From contig OZ024746.1 of NCBI GenBank assembly GCA_964016885.1, forward strand, positions 66,836,001-66,900,000: a stretch of 64,000 bases of DNA, in the 5' to 3' direction. Source of the DNA: Eledone cirrhosa (taxonomy: Eukaryota). The notes beneath the pieces were generated by a model, which did not search any database, was not told the origin of the DNA, and was given only the letters and a program-made list of their open reading frames with translations. The translations under genes were made by a program, and so were the position numbers. Below, in pieces: positions 28,227-40,969 of this stretch; within the stretch, counting starts at the first letter, position 1, and each line of letters starts with the position of its first letter.

Positions 28227-28588
28227 ATATATATATGAATGTATATATAGTGTATTTTGAAATACACAGTATGCTTAATTAAAAGCATTTCGAAGACCTT
28301 ACACTATTGTTTTAGAGTAGTGAAAGACTCACTTACTTTTAACTTTCAGCAAACACGGCAGATAAAGCTGACAGAGCTGTGTTTCGTACTGATTGGTACT
28401 TATCAAAGCCAAGTACTCCATCTGTTTGCTGAAAATCATGAATGTTTGATTCTTATAAAATTTTTGAAAATTAAAAGTTACTGAGACTGTCACTACTTTA
28501 AAACAATAGGGTAAGGTCTTCGAAAGGCTTTTAAGTAAGCATACCGTGTATTGCAAAATACACTATATATACATTCATATATATATAT
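28227..28588. mobile_element. Small element with ~120 bp diverged inverted repeats; possible decayed HHR at 28353-28549
   Basis: 28227-28348 vs 28464-28588 reverse complement; acacgg-CAGATAA...GAAA-ggcttttaagtaagca-TA-ccgtgt. Confidence 0.75.
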
Positions 28589-28665
28589 AACAAAGGAATT
28601 GTGGTAAGGAACCAGATGGACCATAACGCACCAGAATACTGAATACTTAGGGTAGTAGAGTGGGA

Positions 28666-29615
28666 AATAGGAAAAAGTATGACTCCGACGGCAGAGCTCA
28701 AGCCGTTTCGACGGCTATTTCTCGACTAAATTAGAATTGTTAGCCTGGTGAATAAATAGCCGAACTTTTCAGTGAGAAATGAATTTAAAAAATCATAATG
28801 CTATCTAACAATTACAGGTTAATAATGGTAGACAAGGGCTGATACCCCCCCCCCCCCCCCCTACTTGCCGAATGAGTTAGGGGAAACCCCAGTTTACTTA
28901 GGTAGATGTATCTTTTTTTCCTCTTTGTCTTCTTCTTCCCCCTGTCTCATCCTATCACTTCCTTCCACCTCCTATTTTCTTCCACGTCTGCTTTTCCCCT
29001 TCGCCTACCCCGTTGCAGCCCATCGGGCTTCTGTAGCATCAGTTCCCCCACCCCTGTAATTTTTAGATAGAATTGGCCGAATACGTTTTACTTATAGCAG
29101 ACGTGTTAAACCCCTTTAATTTTGTATCAGTTCTGGTACTACTCAATTTCTACAAGTTTTTTTCTATTCTCAACTTATTAACCTGTAATTGTAAGATAGC
29201 ATTGTGATTTTTTTATTCATTTCTCACTATCTAATTTTATATATATTGTTTTTCCTTTATTGTCTCCTACTCTCATTCGATTTACCTATTCTATAACCTC
29301 CCTCCTCCACTGCTGACACTATCCTTAGAATCTGCTGTATACATATCACTTTCAACGCTTGTCCGCTCAACTTACTCCCCTACTGTTCTACAGGCAAGTT
29401 CAGCCACCCCAACCCCCCACCAAATGCCATGATAGACTTATTTGTGTTTACAAATAATTTTAACCAATCTTCTTTACAACTACAATCTTCCCATATAAGG
29501 AAGTACCCCCTTGAAAAGTTCGGCTATTTATTCACCCGGCTAAAAATTCTAATTTAGTCCAGAAATAGCCGTCGAGACGGCTTGAGCTCTGCCGTCGGGG
29601 TCATACATTTTCCTA
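28666..29615 (+). mobile_element. Non-coding HHR element with a two-segment inverted 5' duplication
   Basis: 28666-28772 = rc of 29512-29615; 28771-28825 = rc of 29175-29229. Confidence 0.85.
29507..29600 (+). ncRNA. Hammerhead ribozyme, U3-A8 core variant, extended stem II
   Basis: cccc-TTGAAAA-gttcggctattt[33 nt]aaatagccgtc-GAGA (GAAA in the inverted copy)-cggc ttgagctct gccg-TC-gggg. Confidence 0.72.
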
Positions 29616-29669
29616 TATATATATATACAACACCATACTCACAGAGATGGCATATCTAAGAACTGACTA

Positions 29670-29725
29670 ACTGCCTGATGAGGTCATAGCCATTCAATGG
29701 TTATCATCGAAATATATATAGCAGT
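29670..29725 (+). ncRNA. Type I hammerhead ribozyme, intact core
   Basis: actgc-CTGATGA-ggtcatagccattcaatggttatcatc-GAAA-tatata-TA-gcagt. Confidence 0.85.
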
Positions 29726-29766
29726 AAATAAAGGATTATGAGTTCATGCAATTGACTTATGTTTCG

Positions 29767-29822
<56 letters not shown>

Positions 29823-30954
29823 TAATAAATATAAACATATACATAGTGTGAGATATAAAGTTTGGTGTGTGTGTGTATGTGTGTGTATTCAACATGTGCG
29901 ATCGGCTTGAAAGGATAAGATTAGTATGTACCACGCCAGCCTAAACTGCCTATGGTATCTGTACTTCCTTATTAATTCTCTTCACTGTCGCCACTAATCA
30001 CATTGACGAAACGCATCCATCACACACCAAACAATACTTCTTCTGTCGTTAGGACTCTTGTACTAGAACAATAATCAATAGATAAATAAATATAAAGGGA
30101 CCTCTGAATGTCGTTGATGAATGACATGCAGCTATAAATGAAAAGACAAATTTGTGCTTACCATGAAATATTTTTCACCGGATAGACATGTTGGAGAATA
30201 TTCACCAATGAAAACAAGTACCTGAAATTAAATTGTTCGTTATAAATTATTGTATTGATCTGAGATTCAGCTAACAAGCTTTTATAATACTGTTCTATAT
30301 TCAATACACATGCAAATATATGAATGCGTGTTTTGAGTATCACAAGAAATACATAAATAAGCATGCATGCACATACAAAAATGTATTGTTTGTGATTTGT
30401 CCAGGTTCGTGATGGCAGTTTTCAAGCCGGTCACTAACAAAGAATATACATATATTTTTACTATATAGTTCTTACAAAGAGTAGTAATTATGTGGTAGAT
30501 TTTGTGCATACATATATGTAGGTGTCTATGTCTTTATGATATGTGTTTGGGCTATTCGCGTACAACAGCGTATGATAATCTTTAAGGACGAGTGAGTGTG
30601 TAGGATATGTAATGTCATGTATTTAAATGTATAATTTCATTCCAGGAAACTCGATCGGACAATGTCTGGAATGAGCTGCAAATCACCTTTGAACCACGGG
30701 TTGGCGGAGTTTGGAGGATGCGTGTCAATTGTATTTCTTCTTCTTGGAATATCACAGCTTTTTCAGGTACGCAAGTAGTCATGGAGCACAATGCATTTCT
30801 CTGACTAAGTGAAAAGGAGAATCCATAGCTGTCATACAAGAGATTTATGCCATGCATTGATTTTTATGTGTGTATGTATGAATGTATGTATACATATTTG
30901 CATATACGGTATGTATCTGTATTTGTATATATGTGTGTATCTTGATATTTATAG

Positions 30955-31023
<69 letters not shown>
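30955..31023. repeat. (GATA)n microsatellite
   Basis: Direct observation. Confidence 0.97.
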
Positions 31024-31119
31024 CCTAGATGCACACACACACACAGGTAACACACGCTCATAACACAATTATATATAATTATCTATATCTGTATATAATA
31101 TATATAATATACGTATATC

Positions 31120-31548
31120 TTGAGAGATATGGAAGAAAGTCAGTAACATATATTAAAAGGGGGGAGAATGTAAGTTACATATACTGAGAGAGGGAGAAGA
31201 GAGATATTACATAAATTGAGTGAGGGGATAAAAGAATGAATTGCATACGTTGAAAGAGTGGTAAAAGAGCAACCCACATATAGTGAGAGAGGCGGAAAAG
31301 AGTAACTACATATTTTGAGGTAGGCCGAAGAGGGCAAGTTTCATATACTGATACAGGGAGAAGAAAGCAAGTAACATATATTGTAAGAGAGGGGGAAGAG
31401 AGAGCATTACATACATTGGAAAGGGGGAAGAGAGCAAGTTACATATACTGAGAGAGGAAGAAGAAAGCGAATTACATATATTGTGAGAGAGGGAAGAGAA
31501 AGCATTACATACATTGAAAGAGTGGAGAGAGAGTAAGTTATGTATATT
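31120..31548. repeat. Degenerate ~33-bp minisatellite
   Basis: Recurring gttacatatactgagagagg..agaagaga units. Confidence 0.8.
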
Positions 31549-32639
31549 TTAGTCATAAAGTTATAACATTTTAGTTAATTACAAAACCCACGTTTTTGAT
31601 ATATCATATAGTTCAGTTCCCAAAAAACTATGACTTTGTCACGGAGAATGTATCGACCCCCCCCCCCCCCTCATTTACACGCATTTTCCATAAAATGTAT
31701 ATCTATAAAACCTCTCAAATTCGGAAAACTCCTCGTGTATATCACGCATATATCACATTACAGAATGTGTATGCCAAAGCCTAAGTTCTTTTTATTAACT
31801 GATATTCTTGAAAGCTTACATATGACCCCCAAACGTGTATGGTTCGAATACATGGAGCGATTCTATTGATGAATACGCAAACATATATCGGATTCGGATT
31901 GGGTGCTATAAATGATTGAAAACTTATTAACGGCCTGAGTGTAATCTTAACAATGAGGAAATAGAGTGTATTGAGAATTGTTAGCATATATTTCAAAGGT
32001 TGATTGCCTTTTATTTCAGAATAGAAAAAATATAACATCTTCAATCAAAATGAAAAGCAGAGAGGGGGGACTATATATTAGAACATTTTCGAAAGAAAAA
32101 AAATTCATTATGCCTCCGTTTCAAGTTTCATATTAAATGGAAAGCGAAATGAGAATAAGATTGCATAAGTATTGTCAAGCGAATGGAAATAAATATATAT
32201 ATATAGATATAAGATCTGCCACATTACATTGTGAAAGTTATGTGTTTGATGTGTTGGCTTTTAACCTCTATATATTTCGCTTTTGTTTGTTTTCTATACG
32301 ACATTAAAAAGGGAAGCTTTAGTATAATTCAGTACAAACTTTCGTAAAGCGAAGTATTTAACCAGGATAAATATATTAATATATAATAAATACACTTTAG
32401 GTAAGCTATTCATTTATATTTGAAATGGGGTAAACTGATTTTACAAATATCTCATGTATCATATAAAGTATAATGTTGATATTTTGTCTTAGCTCAACAC
32501 CGACCATGCAAACTCAAATCAGAGCGATCCAGCCGAGGTCATCATGAACCTCTGTAAATCTTTGATTACATCTCTCAATGCATTCGTTGTACTAATTATA
32601 TAATATACAACTAGAAACTTTTATCGAAATAGAATTTTA

Positions 32640-32693
32640 ATACTCTTTTACCTGTTTCAGCCATCCGGCTGAGGCCATGCTGGGGCACCGCCC
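32640..32693 (-). mobile_element. Probable SINE 3' tail fragment (separate family)
   Basis: rc ggcggtgccccagcatggcctcagccggatggctgaaacaggtaaaaagagta; resembles, from memory, a common octopus SINE tail. Confidence 0.5.
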
Positions 32694-32694
32694 A

Positions 32695-32744
<50 letters not shown>

Positions 32745-32852
32745 AACCTACATATCCTACACACTCACTCGTCCTTAAAGATTATCATACGCCGTTGTAC
32801 GCGAATAGCCCAAACACATATAATAAAGACATAGACACCTACATATATGTAT

Positions 32853-32897
<45 letters not shown>

Positions 32898-32916
32898 TAC
32901 ATATATATATACATAT

Positions 32917-33021
<105 letters not shown>

Positions 33022-33041
33022 CATATATACATATATATATA

Positions 33042-33327
33042 TAGTGGTTAGAGCACTAGGCTTGCAATCAAAAGGTTGTGAGCTCAATCCTCGGACCGGG
33101 TGATGTGTTGTTTCCTTCAGCAAGACACTTTATCTCACGTTGCTCCAGTTTACTCAGCTGAAAATGAGTACCAGCAATAGCTGAAGTTTTAACCCTGCGA
33201 TGGACTGGTGTCCTGTCCAAGGGGGTGTCTTGTGCTCTCAGTCGCTTCAGGCCATGAAGCCGGGAAAAGCATCGGCCAAATAAGCCTTCTGGCTTAAGAC
33301 AGACTTTAGACTTACGGCCTGCCCGCC
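33042..33327 (+). mobile_element. tRNA-derived SINE family B, 3'-truncated duplicate of 34651
   Basis: tagtggttagagcac head, agcaagacacttt and accctgcgatggactgg core. Confidence 0.88.
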
Positions 33328-33330
33328 GTA

Positions 33331-33916
33331 TTTTATAATATGTAATCCATGTGCAACCATGCAGTATTCTTCTCCCCATGTTTTTCATATATATTTACCT
33401 AAACTGCGATTATCTGTTTCTCTCTTTCTCTCTTACTGCTCCCCCGTTCTCTCTGTTTCTCTTACCTTCTTTCGTCCCCTCTGTCAGTTAACACTTTCTC
33501 TCGACTGACCTCTTCCTCGCACTTCCACTCACTCACTCTCTGTTTCTCCCCTTCTCACTTCCTCCCGTTCGCTAGTAGTGGGGTTCCTTCTTTCTCACAC
33601 CTCATTCACGGCGTACGATCTGCTTCTCTGACCGCTCATGAAATTCACCCAGTTTATGCTGATCGGATAACTATCATGATTGCTTGCTGTTTTCCCAACC
33701 TTCGGTTTGCTTTTCCTTCTGTTGTTTACTTGTCTCACTCGCTTTACGCGTTTCACTTGTCCCAATAGCTTATTTTAGTTATTGCTCGCACCAACTTTGA
33801 GGTATCTGATTTCTAATGCGATGAAATACCAATGATGATTGGCAAATCACTGATGAGAGACTAATTTTATAATATGTAATCCATGTGCAACCATGCAGTA
33901 TTCTTCTCCCCATGTT

Positions 33917-33925
<9 letters not shown>
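33331..33925 (+). repeat. ~534-bp unit with ~60-bp terminal direct repeat; same family as 55540-56395
   Basis: ttttataatatgtaatccatgtgcaaccatgcagtattcttctccccatgtttttcatatat at 33331 and 33865. Confidence 0.85.
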
Positions 33926-33980
<55 letters not shown>

Positions 33981-33986
<6 letters not shown>

Positions 33987-34632
33987 ATACTTTGGGAGAG
34001 TCATGTTGCCAATAAGAAACACACGCACCAGTTGCTTTCACTTCAATTTAATTTATTAAATATTTATAAATTTACAAATTTATAAATTTCTGGTTGGTTG
34101 GTTGGTTCCACAACCAGATAGTTGTTTATATATATATAGTCATAGTTCTTTCGTCACACACTCTGTGACCTCTTCAAACAACCAACCAACAATAAATAAA
34201 TAAATAAACAAACAAATAGAAAAATATAAATAGAAAAATAGAAAAATGAACACAAACACACACAGACACCCGGATGTGGCGCATGCGCAAACTGAGCACG
34301 CAACCCACACACAAACAAAATGGCGTAGGATAGAAGAAAGGAAAGGCACAGAAACGAAGAAAGAAATCCCCAGTCACTGAAGAGGTCACAGAGTGTGTGA
34401 CGAAAGAACTATGACTATATATATATAAACAACTATCTGGTTGTGGAACCAACCAACCAACCAGAAATTTATAAATTTGTAAATTTATAAATATTTAATA
34501 AATTAAATTGAAGTGAAAGCAACTGGTGCGTGTGTTTCTTATTGGCAACATGACCCTCCCAAAGTATAACAATATCGGTTTTAACACACGATTTCAGATA
34601 AAGAATCTTGCTAAACAAATTCAGAAACGAAA
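33981..34632 (+). mobile_element. Non-coding HHR element with ~195 bp near-perfect inverted repeats (33981-34176 / 34378-34573)
   Basis: Arms differ at about one position; flanked by (TA)n on both sides. Confidence 0.92.
34372..34416 (+). ncRNA. Minimal type I hammerhead ribozyme
   Basis: agtca-CTGAAGA-g-gtcaca gagtg tgtgac-GAAA-gaac-TA-tgact. Confidence 0.78.
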
Positions 34633-34650
34633 TATATATATATATATATA

Positions 34651-35040
34651 TAGTGGTTAGAGCACTAGGCTTGCAATCAAAAGGTTGTGAGCTCAATCCT
34701 CGGACCGGATGATGTGTTGTTTCCTTCAGCAAGACACTTTATCTCACGTTGCTCCAGTTTACTCAGCTGAAAATGAGTACCAGCAATAGCTGGAGATTTA
34801 ACCCTGCGATGGACTGGTGTCCTCTCCAATGGGGAGTCTTGTGCTCTCAGTCGCTTCAGGCCATGAAGCCGGGAAAAGCATCGGCCAAATAAGCCTTCTG
34901 GCTTAAGACAGACTTTAGACTTACGGCCTGCCCGCCCAGCCAGTGGGATGGCGTCATCGTATGGCTAAAACAGCAACGCGCTGTGACCAGCGACGCCGAA
35001 TGGCACCCGACAGACTGGTCGGTCAAGGTGATCAAGGTGA
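34651..35040 (+). mobile_element. SINE family B with 3' tail
   Basis: Near-identical to 33042-33327 and continues to caaggtgatcaaggtga. Confidence 0.88.
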
Positions 35041-36146
35041 TATATATATATATAGAGAGAGAGAGGGGGGGGGGGGGGGGTTCTGTGTCTTTGATTCTGT
35101 GTTATAGTTGTATCGTTGCTTTCAAAACATATCCATGGGTGCAGGGTCTTGGCATGTCAAACCTGTCCACCATGCCTTGCCACTAACACTATTTAACCCA
35201 TAGATGGGACCCTAACAGTTACTACCGCCATGGACAAGAGTGTACCTGGAAGTAGTCGTGTCTATTCGCCAGTACCCCTTAAATATCGAACGGTAGTCTC
35301 ACTATCGGCTGCATTCGATTGTCATACCCATGATATATAAATAACCAAATTTCATCACATAGTTAACTAAAATATTCAGAATTTGAAAAAGTATATAAGC
35401 TTACTCATATTACTGTAATATATCAAATGACTTGTGCAAATCTAACATGTTTTACTTTTTTAAAAGGAAACTAAAGCTATGTATATTAATTAACATTTTT
35501 ATTAATTTACCACACTGCTTTAGAGAATGTGTGTTAATATTGTAAGTTGCTGCATGTTTTGTACATTTTATATAATTTAATTAATTCATACTGATTACCC
35601 TATTTTCCATAGAACATTTTGTTATCAAAGTGCCTAGCGGATCAATAACGCAAAGCAAGGATTCGTTCATGTATGCAAAATTTGCCTTGATGAATAAAAT
35701 GCAATCTATTAACAAACTAAGTGCGTAAATTAAATGAACAAATTCGAAAAAAAACTAGTTATAAAGTTTCTTCGTTTTCGATATCTTCAAAAATCTGATG
35801 GGTACACAATCTCAATGTCACTGATGTATATATGTATGTATACAAATATATCAAAATATATCGAGCAGCTGATGATTACCAAATGAGTGAATTGAAGCTA
35901 AAACACCAAGACCTCAGTGCAGTTGCACACTGCCAGTAGCATAAGAAACCACATGCATACACACACTCACCCCCACCTAAAACACACACATCCCACACAC
36001 ATATATATATATTTCTTTCTCTCTCTATATATATACATATACAAACACACACACCCATACACTCATGTGTGTGTGTGTGTGTATGTGTGTGTCTGTCTGA
36101 TTGTCTGTATATGTATATATAGAGAGAAAGGTAGAGAGAGAGAGAG

Positions 36147-36220
<74 letters not shown>

Positions 36221-36484
36221 GGTTTTAATTAAACAAGATTAGAAATTTAAATTGATTCGATTTATTTTTATAGATCAGTAAAAGAGTTATCGGTGTAATT
36301 AGACATTTGATAAATTGCAAATCATTCTAGATCTTGTTAATCAATAGAAAGGATATGCTTTTAAAATCAACGCTAAAAGTGGAACGTTTGTAATATCCAA
36401 AAAACAAATATAATTCTTGAGCCCAATCAAATATAATATTCCTGATTAGATAAAACTTAAAGACATACATTAATGTATAACAAA

Positions 36485-36668
36485 TAATTGTTTCTACTTT
36501 AGGCACAAGGCCAGCAATTACCCAGTGCATTACTGGTACTTTATTTTATCGACTCCGTAAGAATGAAAGGCAAAGTCAACCTCGGCGAGATTTGAACTCA
36601 GATCGTAAAGGGACGTAACTATGCTGGAAAGCATGGCGTCCGACCCTCTACCGATACTGCCAATCCAC
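36485..36668 (-). mobile_element. SINE family A
   Basis: Reverse complement of the family consensus. Confidence 0.92.
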
Positions 36669-37329
36669 ACAAATAATAACTTGATATTTGTATTTATATG
36701 AATGGTTTGAAAAGCACCAAAAAATGTGTAGATTTTGCAGAATTTATATTATACTTGATTCATATTCAGAATTCTATCTACATCAGCTTAATGAACATTA
36801 TATTTGATCAACGAAAATCACAATGATTATCAAACACATTTAAAGCAATGTCTACGAAATAAAAGTGTTAATGTTCAGTTCTCATTATACATATGCAGGT
36901 TTTATAACAACTTTTTTAAGAAATAATTATTATTTCAGTCATGCAGCATTACATTTATGGGCGAAAGGAAATAGGACGTAATTTGTGAATACTACAATAA
37001 TAACAAGTGTAATAACTGTGACAGCAGATTTGAGAATTATACAAGCAGTGTGAGGGTCGCATTCAACGCTAACTGCGATAGGTTAGGAAGAAGAGGTGAG
37101 CGAATTGTTAATTATTTTCTAAATACCAATGACGCAGATTGATTTGGACTTTGCCCCAAGACGCCAAAAATATTTTTCGGGATATATTTCCATTGCAAAG
37201 AAATATGTATGTTATCAGACATCCTATCTATATTATCATAACTCACGCTCTAATGCTATTTTAGTGAAGAGCAATATAGCATAATGGAATTGCAGTTTAT
37301 ATTCCTATATTATTTATTTTTATTCTCAG

Positions 37330-37376
37330 GGTACCAGCAAGAGACATACTATGGGATTGTTCAACTTGTTGATTTT
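37330..37376 (+). other. Candidate 47-bp spliceosomal exon
   Basis: T-rich tract + ttctcag acceptor and gtaagt donor; open frame YQQETYYGIVQLVDF. Confidence 0.3.
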
Positions 37377-38206
37377 GTAAGTCAGTGTATGATTGTCCGC
37401 GGGCGAGTTGTTTATTAAAAAAAGTCATATTTTTCTGTATGGATTTGTATACGAAACTATATAAATGCACACATTTACGCTGTTTTTGAAAATAAAGAAT
37501 GTCAGAATAAACTGTAAGTAAGAATCAGTGATTGATCCTCAAGTGTTTTGTCTCTTTTAAGGGTTTGATGCAGCTTCTTCCTACTCAAAATCTTGTGGTT
37601 TATTCCAATCGAGCCGAAACACATATTGCTCGGTTAATTATAACAAAGTCTAAGATGTTGCAAACATTTCGAAAATTTCTCCGAAAGACCTTCCTCACAC
37701 ATCAGTCTCAGAGGTCCTGCATAATACGATTTCTGCCATTCTTCTTTTGCCTAAACTGCACACAAATACAAAATAAATATAACACAAATATTCTAAATTC
37801 AATAAGAAACATTCACTAAGGAATTTAGAAAATTATTCTGTATAAGTGCACTAAAACCAACCCATGAATAATACCTGAGATGCTGAAAAACGACTTCGTT
37901 ATTTGTACAACAGGCGTGTTTCGTCTTCAAATATTTAAATAGGTTTGATGAAATAACTATATGTGGAATTTTGTATCTGTTCATTTTTTGTATTTTTGAT
38001 ATGTTAAAATAATGCTTCGAATACCGACAAATGTATTCTTCTAGAAATCTCTTATGGAAGCTAATATTCGTCACAAAGTTACTCTAATTACAGACGAGGA
38101 GAGCAAACATATTAGATATAAAAAAAATGATTTTTTTCTGGAAAATAAATTATTAACTATGCATAATAAAAAACGTTTATTTAGTTTCCATTACATTATT
38201 ATATGA

Positions 38207-38278
38207 TGTCGATAAAATAAAGTACCAGTAATGCATTGGGTAATCGCTGGCCTTGTGCCAAAAGTAGAAACAATTATT
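38207..38278 (+). mobile_element. SINE family A 3' fragment
   Basis: gtcgataaaataaagtaccagtaatgc...gtagaaacaatt. Confidence 0.85.
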
Positions 38279-38389
38279 ATATTTATAAGGCAATATTTTA
38301 CAGTTTGCCCTGTTTTTCTATAGGGTTACATTTTAAGTAGCAATGCATCAACTGGAATGTATAAAATAAAATAGTTGATTTCAAACGGC

Positions 38390-39240
38390 CACGCACATGC
38401 AAATGTGTATTTGCATGTAATGATGTCAGGACTGTTTCATATTCTATTTGTTATGTGTGACTACCCATCGATTGTCTACGATCAGCTCCTCCGCTCGAAC
38501 TGTTAGGTTTACAATATTGCCTCCATGTTCTCATCCGTGCCGATGATAAATCTGGTATCCTTCATTGGCAGTCCGCGTTTCCGGTATGAAAGCTCCAGGA
38601 TAGTTTTTGCTGCAATTTTCTTATCTTATTTGCTAGGAGCGGGTGGATTTATGACTTCACATGAACCATTGATGAGTTTGGTTTTGATGGATCACTATCA
38701 TTTGCTGGCATCCCCGCTGAAACGATCTTATCAACATCATCTAGTCTTATCTTCTCTTTGCACCAGATTTTTTTTGTGAGAGCAGGAGGTCCTCTCTACT
38801 GCCATTCATTAGCGATCGTTCAGGCACTAAGCTCACCAAAGTTTCTTCCTCCTTTATGGAGCCAGAAAGGTTTGTTTGTTTGTTTTTCTGTTGTTGTTAT
38901 TGTTGTTGTTTTTTTTTGGGGGGGGGGGTGCATTTCATGGGACACCCGAGCAATGAGGTCGTGACCATCCTCTGGCTTTTGATTTTAGAATAATTCATTT
39001 GATATTTCCTTCCAGTTTAAACTGTATATACATGGAATGAAAAGATCCGCCGGAACAAATTTTCTGACATAGGCGATTGTATCTTCATGCATGCAACGTT
39101 GTCTTCCTGTGAAGCTTGATGGCAGAATCACTGGCTGGCTAATATTTCTTGTGTCACCAGCAGAATTTATAGCATCTCTGAGGTGAATATATTTCTCTGC
39201 CTTCAACTTATTTTGTTTCCTTCGCAGGAAACCTAATCAG
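38390..39240 (-). mobile_element. Helitron Rep (HUH) domain relic
   Basis: YIHLRDAI, VILPSSFTG, DLFI, HDLIARV, EWQ*RG, CSKNYP, GYQIYHR, NRWVV in order, with stops and frameshifts. Confidence 0.9.
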
Positions 39241-39647
39241 TGTTTGATTATAATAAAATTTATATTTTGTCTGTTTACTTTAACTTTGGAGAGATAGAGA
39301 AAAAATGGAAGAACATTGACACACACACAGCCACATATGTATTTAAGATAATTACGCAGACACACACACGCACACGCGTGCACACATAGACAGTCATATT
39401 ACACACTTTGGTGAGAGAAGGGAGTGAGAGAAAGACAGAAAGAGAAGTAGCACAAGGCAAAGAAGAAATGTGAGGGTAAAGAATATTTTGTTTACGTGCC
39501 CATCCCCAAATACGTTGAACGCAAGTATCAAGTTATATGTTATCTTTCTTTCTCTCGTACATCCTTAATCTCTCTTCTTTCTTTCTCTTTGTATCCGCCC
39601 TTCACACTATCTCGTCATTCTCACTTCTCTTTTTAGTTTTCTCTCTC

Positions 39648-39717
<70 letters not shown>

Positions 39718-40969
39718 TCCCCCCCTCCGCCCTCCTCGCCCTCTCTCTCTCTCTCCAGAACGGAGAAACATAAAACAAAATGGATGGTTTCATTCAATAT
39801 GCATAAGGAAATATTTACCATTGAATTTAAATGGATTTCTTGCTTCGTAAATCAAAAATATTGTTAACATTACTTGTCCAACGTTCTACTGAATATGTGT
39901 AATGTTGTGGGTGTCCGTACTCTAGTTTCATAATTTAAGGCGGAGAAATAGAATCAAAAAATTCCTTGATATATATATATATATATATATTATGGGTCTT
40001 TAATATTCTCTAGTTGATTCTAATTACCCGTGGAATGTTCACGAGATCAGCTAGAATATATTAAGGTGATATTAAGAAATCACCCCCAAATAGATTTTAC
40101 ATTCAAATCTGTCTCACGACATACGCTGATGTCACAATAACGAATCATTAGAAGATGTGATCTTATATACTCTATTTTCGAAGAAGAATTATGTTACTCA
40201 CGTTTGACTCGTCTTTGGTCATAAGTTGGCTTCATCAAGAACAAAACCAATTATTTTGTGTTACTACATCTATACATCGCATACTAAACGTTATTTTGAT
40301 TGTGTAGCGTATGTTGAAATTGTATTTTCAGCTTGCGAAACCTTATCGCCGTTACATTTATGATCTATTTATCAAAATATATCTATTTTTTTTACAGATG
40401 AATCCTTAGTAATGGATTGATGTCATTAACATATGCATTTCAAACCTGTTGTTACAAGTTTAACGGATATAATTTTCTAGAATTGTTTACTTAACGGAAT
40501 TACATCTTGCCCTCAAAATATCATGAAATGACGCAATCTCTCAGACTATAACTGTTTTTCGAAGGTAACTTCATAAGTGGGCAGTTTTCCTTCCAATACA
40601 ATGCTACTTGATATTTAATCATTTGTAGAACTGCTGAAATGTTCTAAAGATGTTGAGATTCGGTAATTACTTTCAACATAGTTGTATTGTAAAACGAAAC
40701 ATAACATTTTTTTTAATTTACAATCAACAAATGCTATGCAATAAATAGAGATAATGCAGCAGAAGCCAACATCACTATTGTTATTTAACACTCACTACAT
40801 AAGAACTGAATCTTCTTACGTTCATATGTAATTCATGTGGTTTATTCTATATAACCATTCGGAAAAATCATACAGTGTAGATTCGATTTTCGTGGGAAAG
40901 TAAATATATATACCATATCCACTTATGGTATTTATGGTGTGGATATCATGACACTTCCATGTGTTTATT

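Larger units (their letters stand above)
30507..32855. repeat. ~105 bp inverted repeats 2.1 kb apart (30507-30611 / 32749-32855)
   Basis: ggtgtctatgtctttatgatatgtgtttgggctattcgcgtacaac...gagtgagtgtgtaggatatgta and its reverse complement. Confidence 0.88.

Noticed and set aside
30615-30860. Mariner-like words IVLHD and HPPNS on the minus strand
   Set aside because: Too degenerate to call; mentioned only as a possibility
31120-31548. CRISPR-like periodic array
   Set aside because: Degenerate tandem units without unique spacers, in eukaryotic context with no cas genes
40010-40055. Hairpin plus CTAG resembling a Helitron 3' end
   Set aside because: Opposite strand to the nearby Rep relic and no matching 5' end identified
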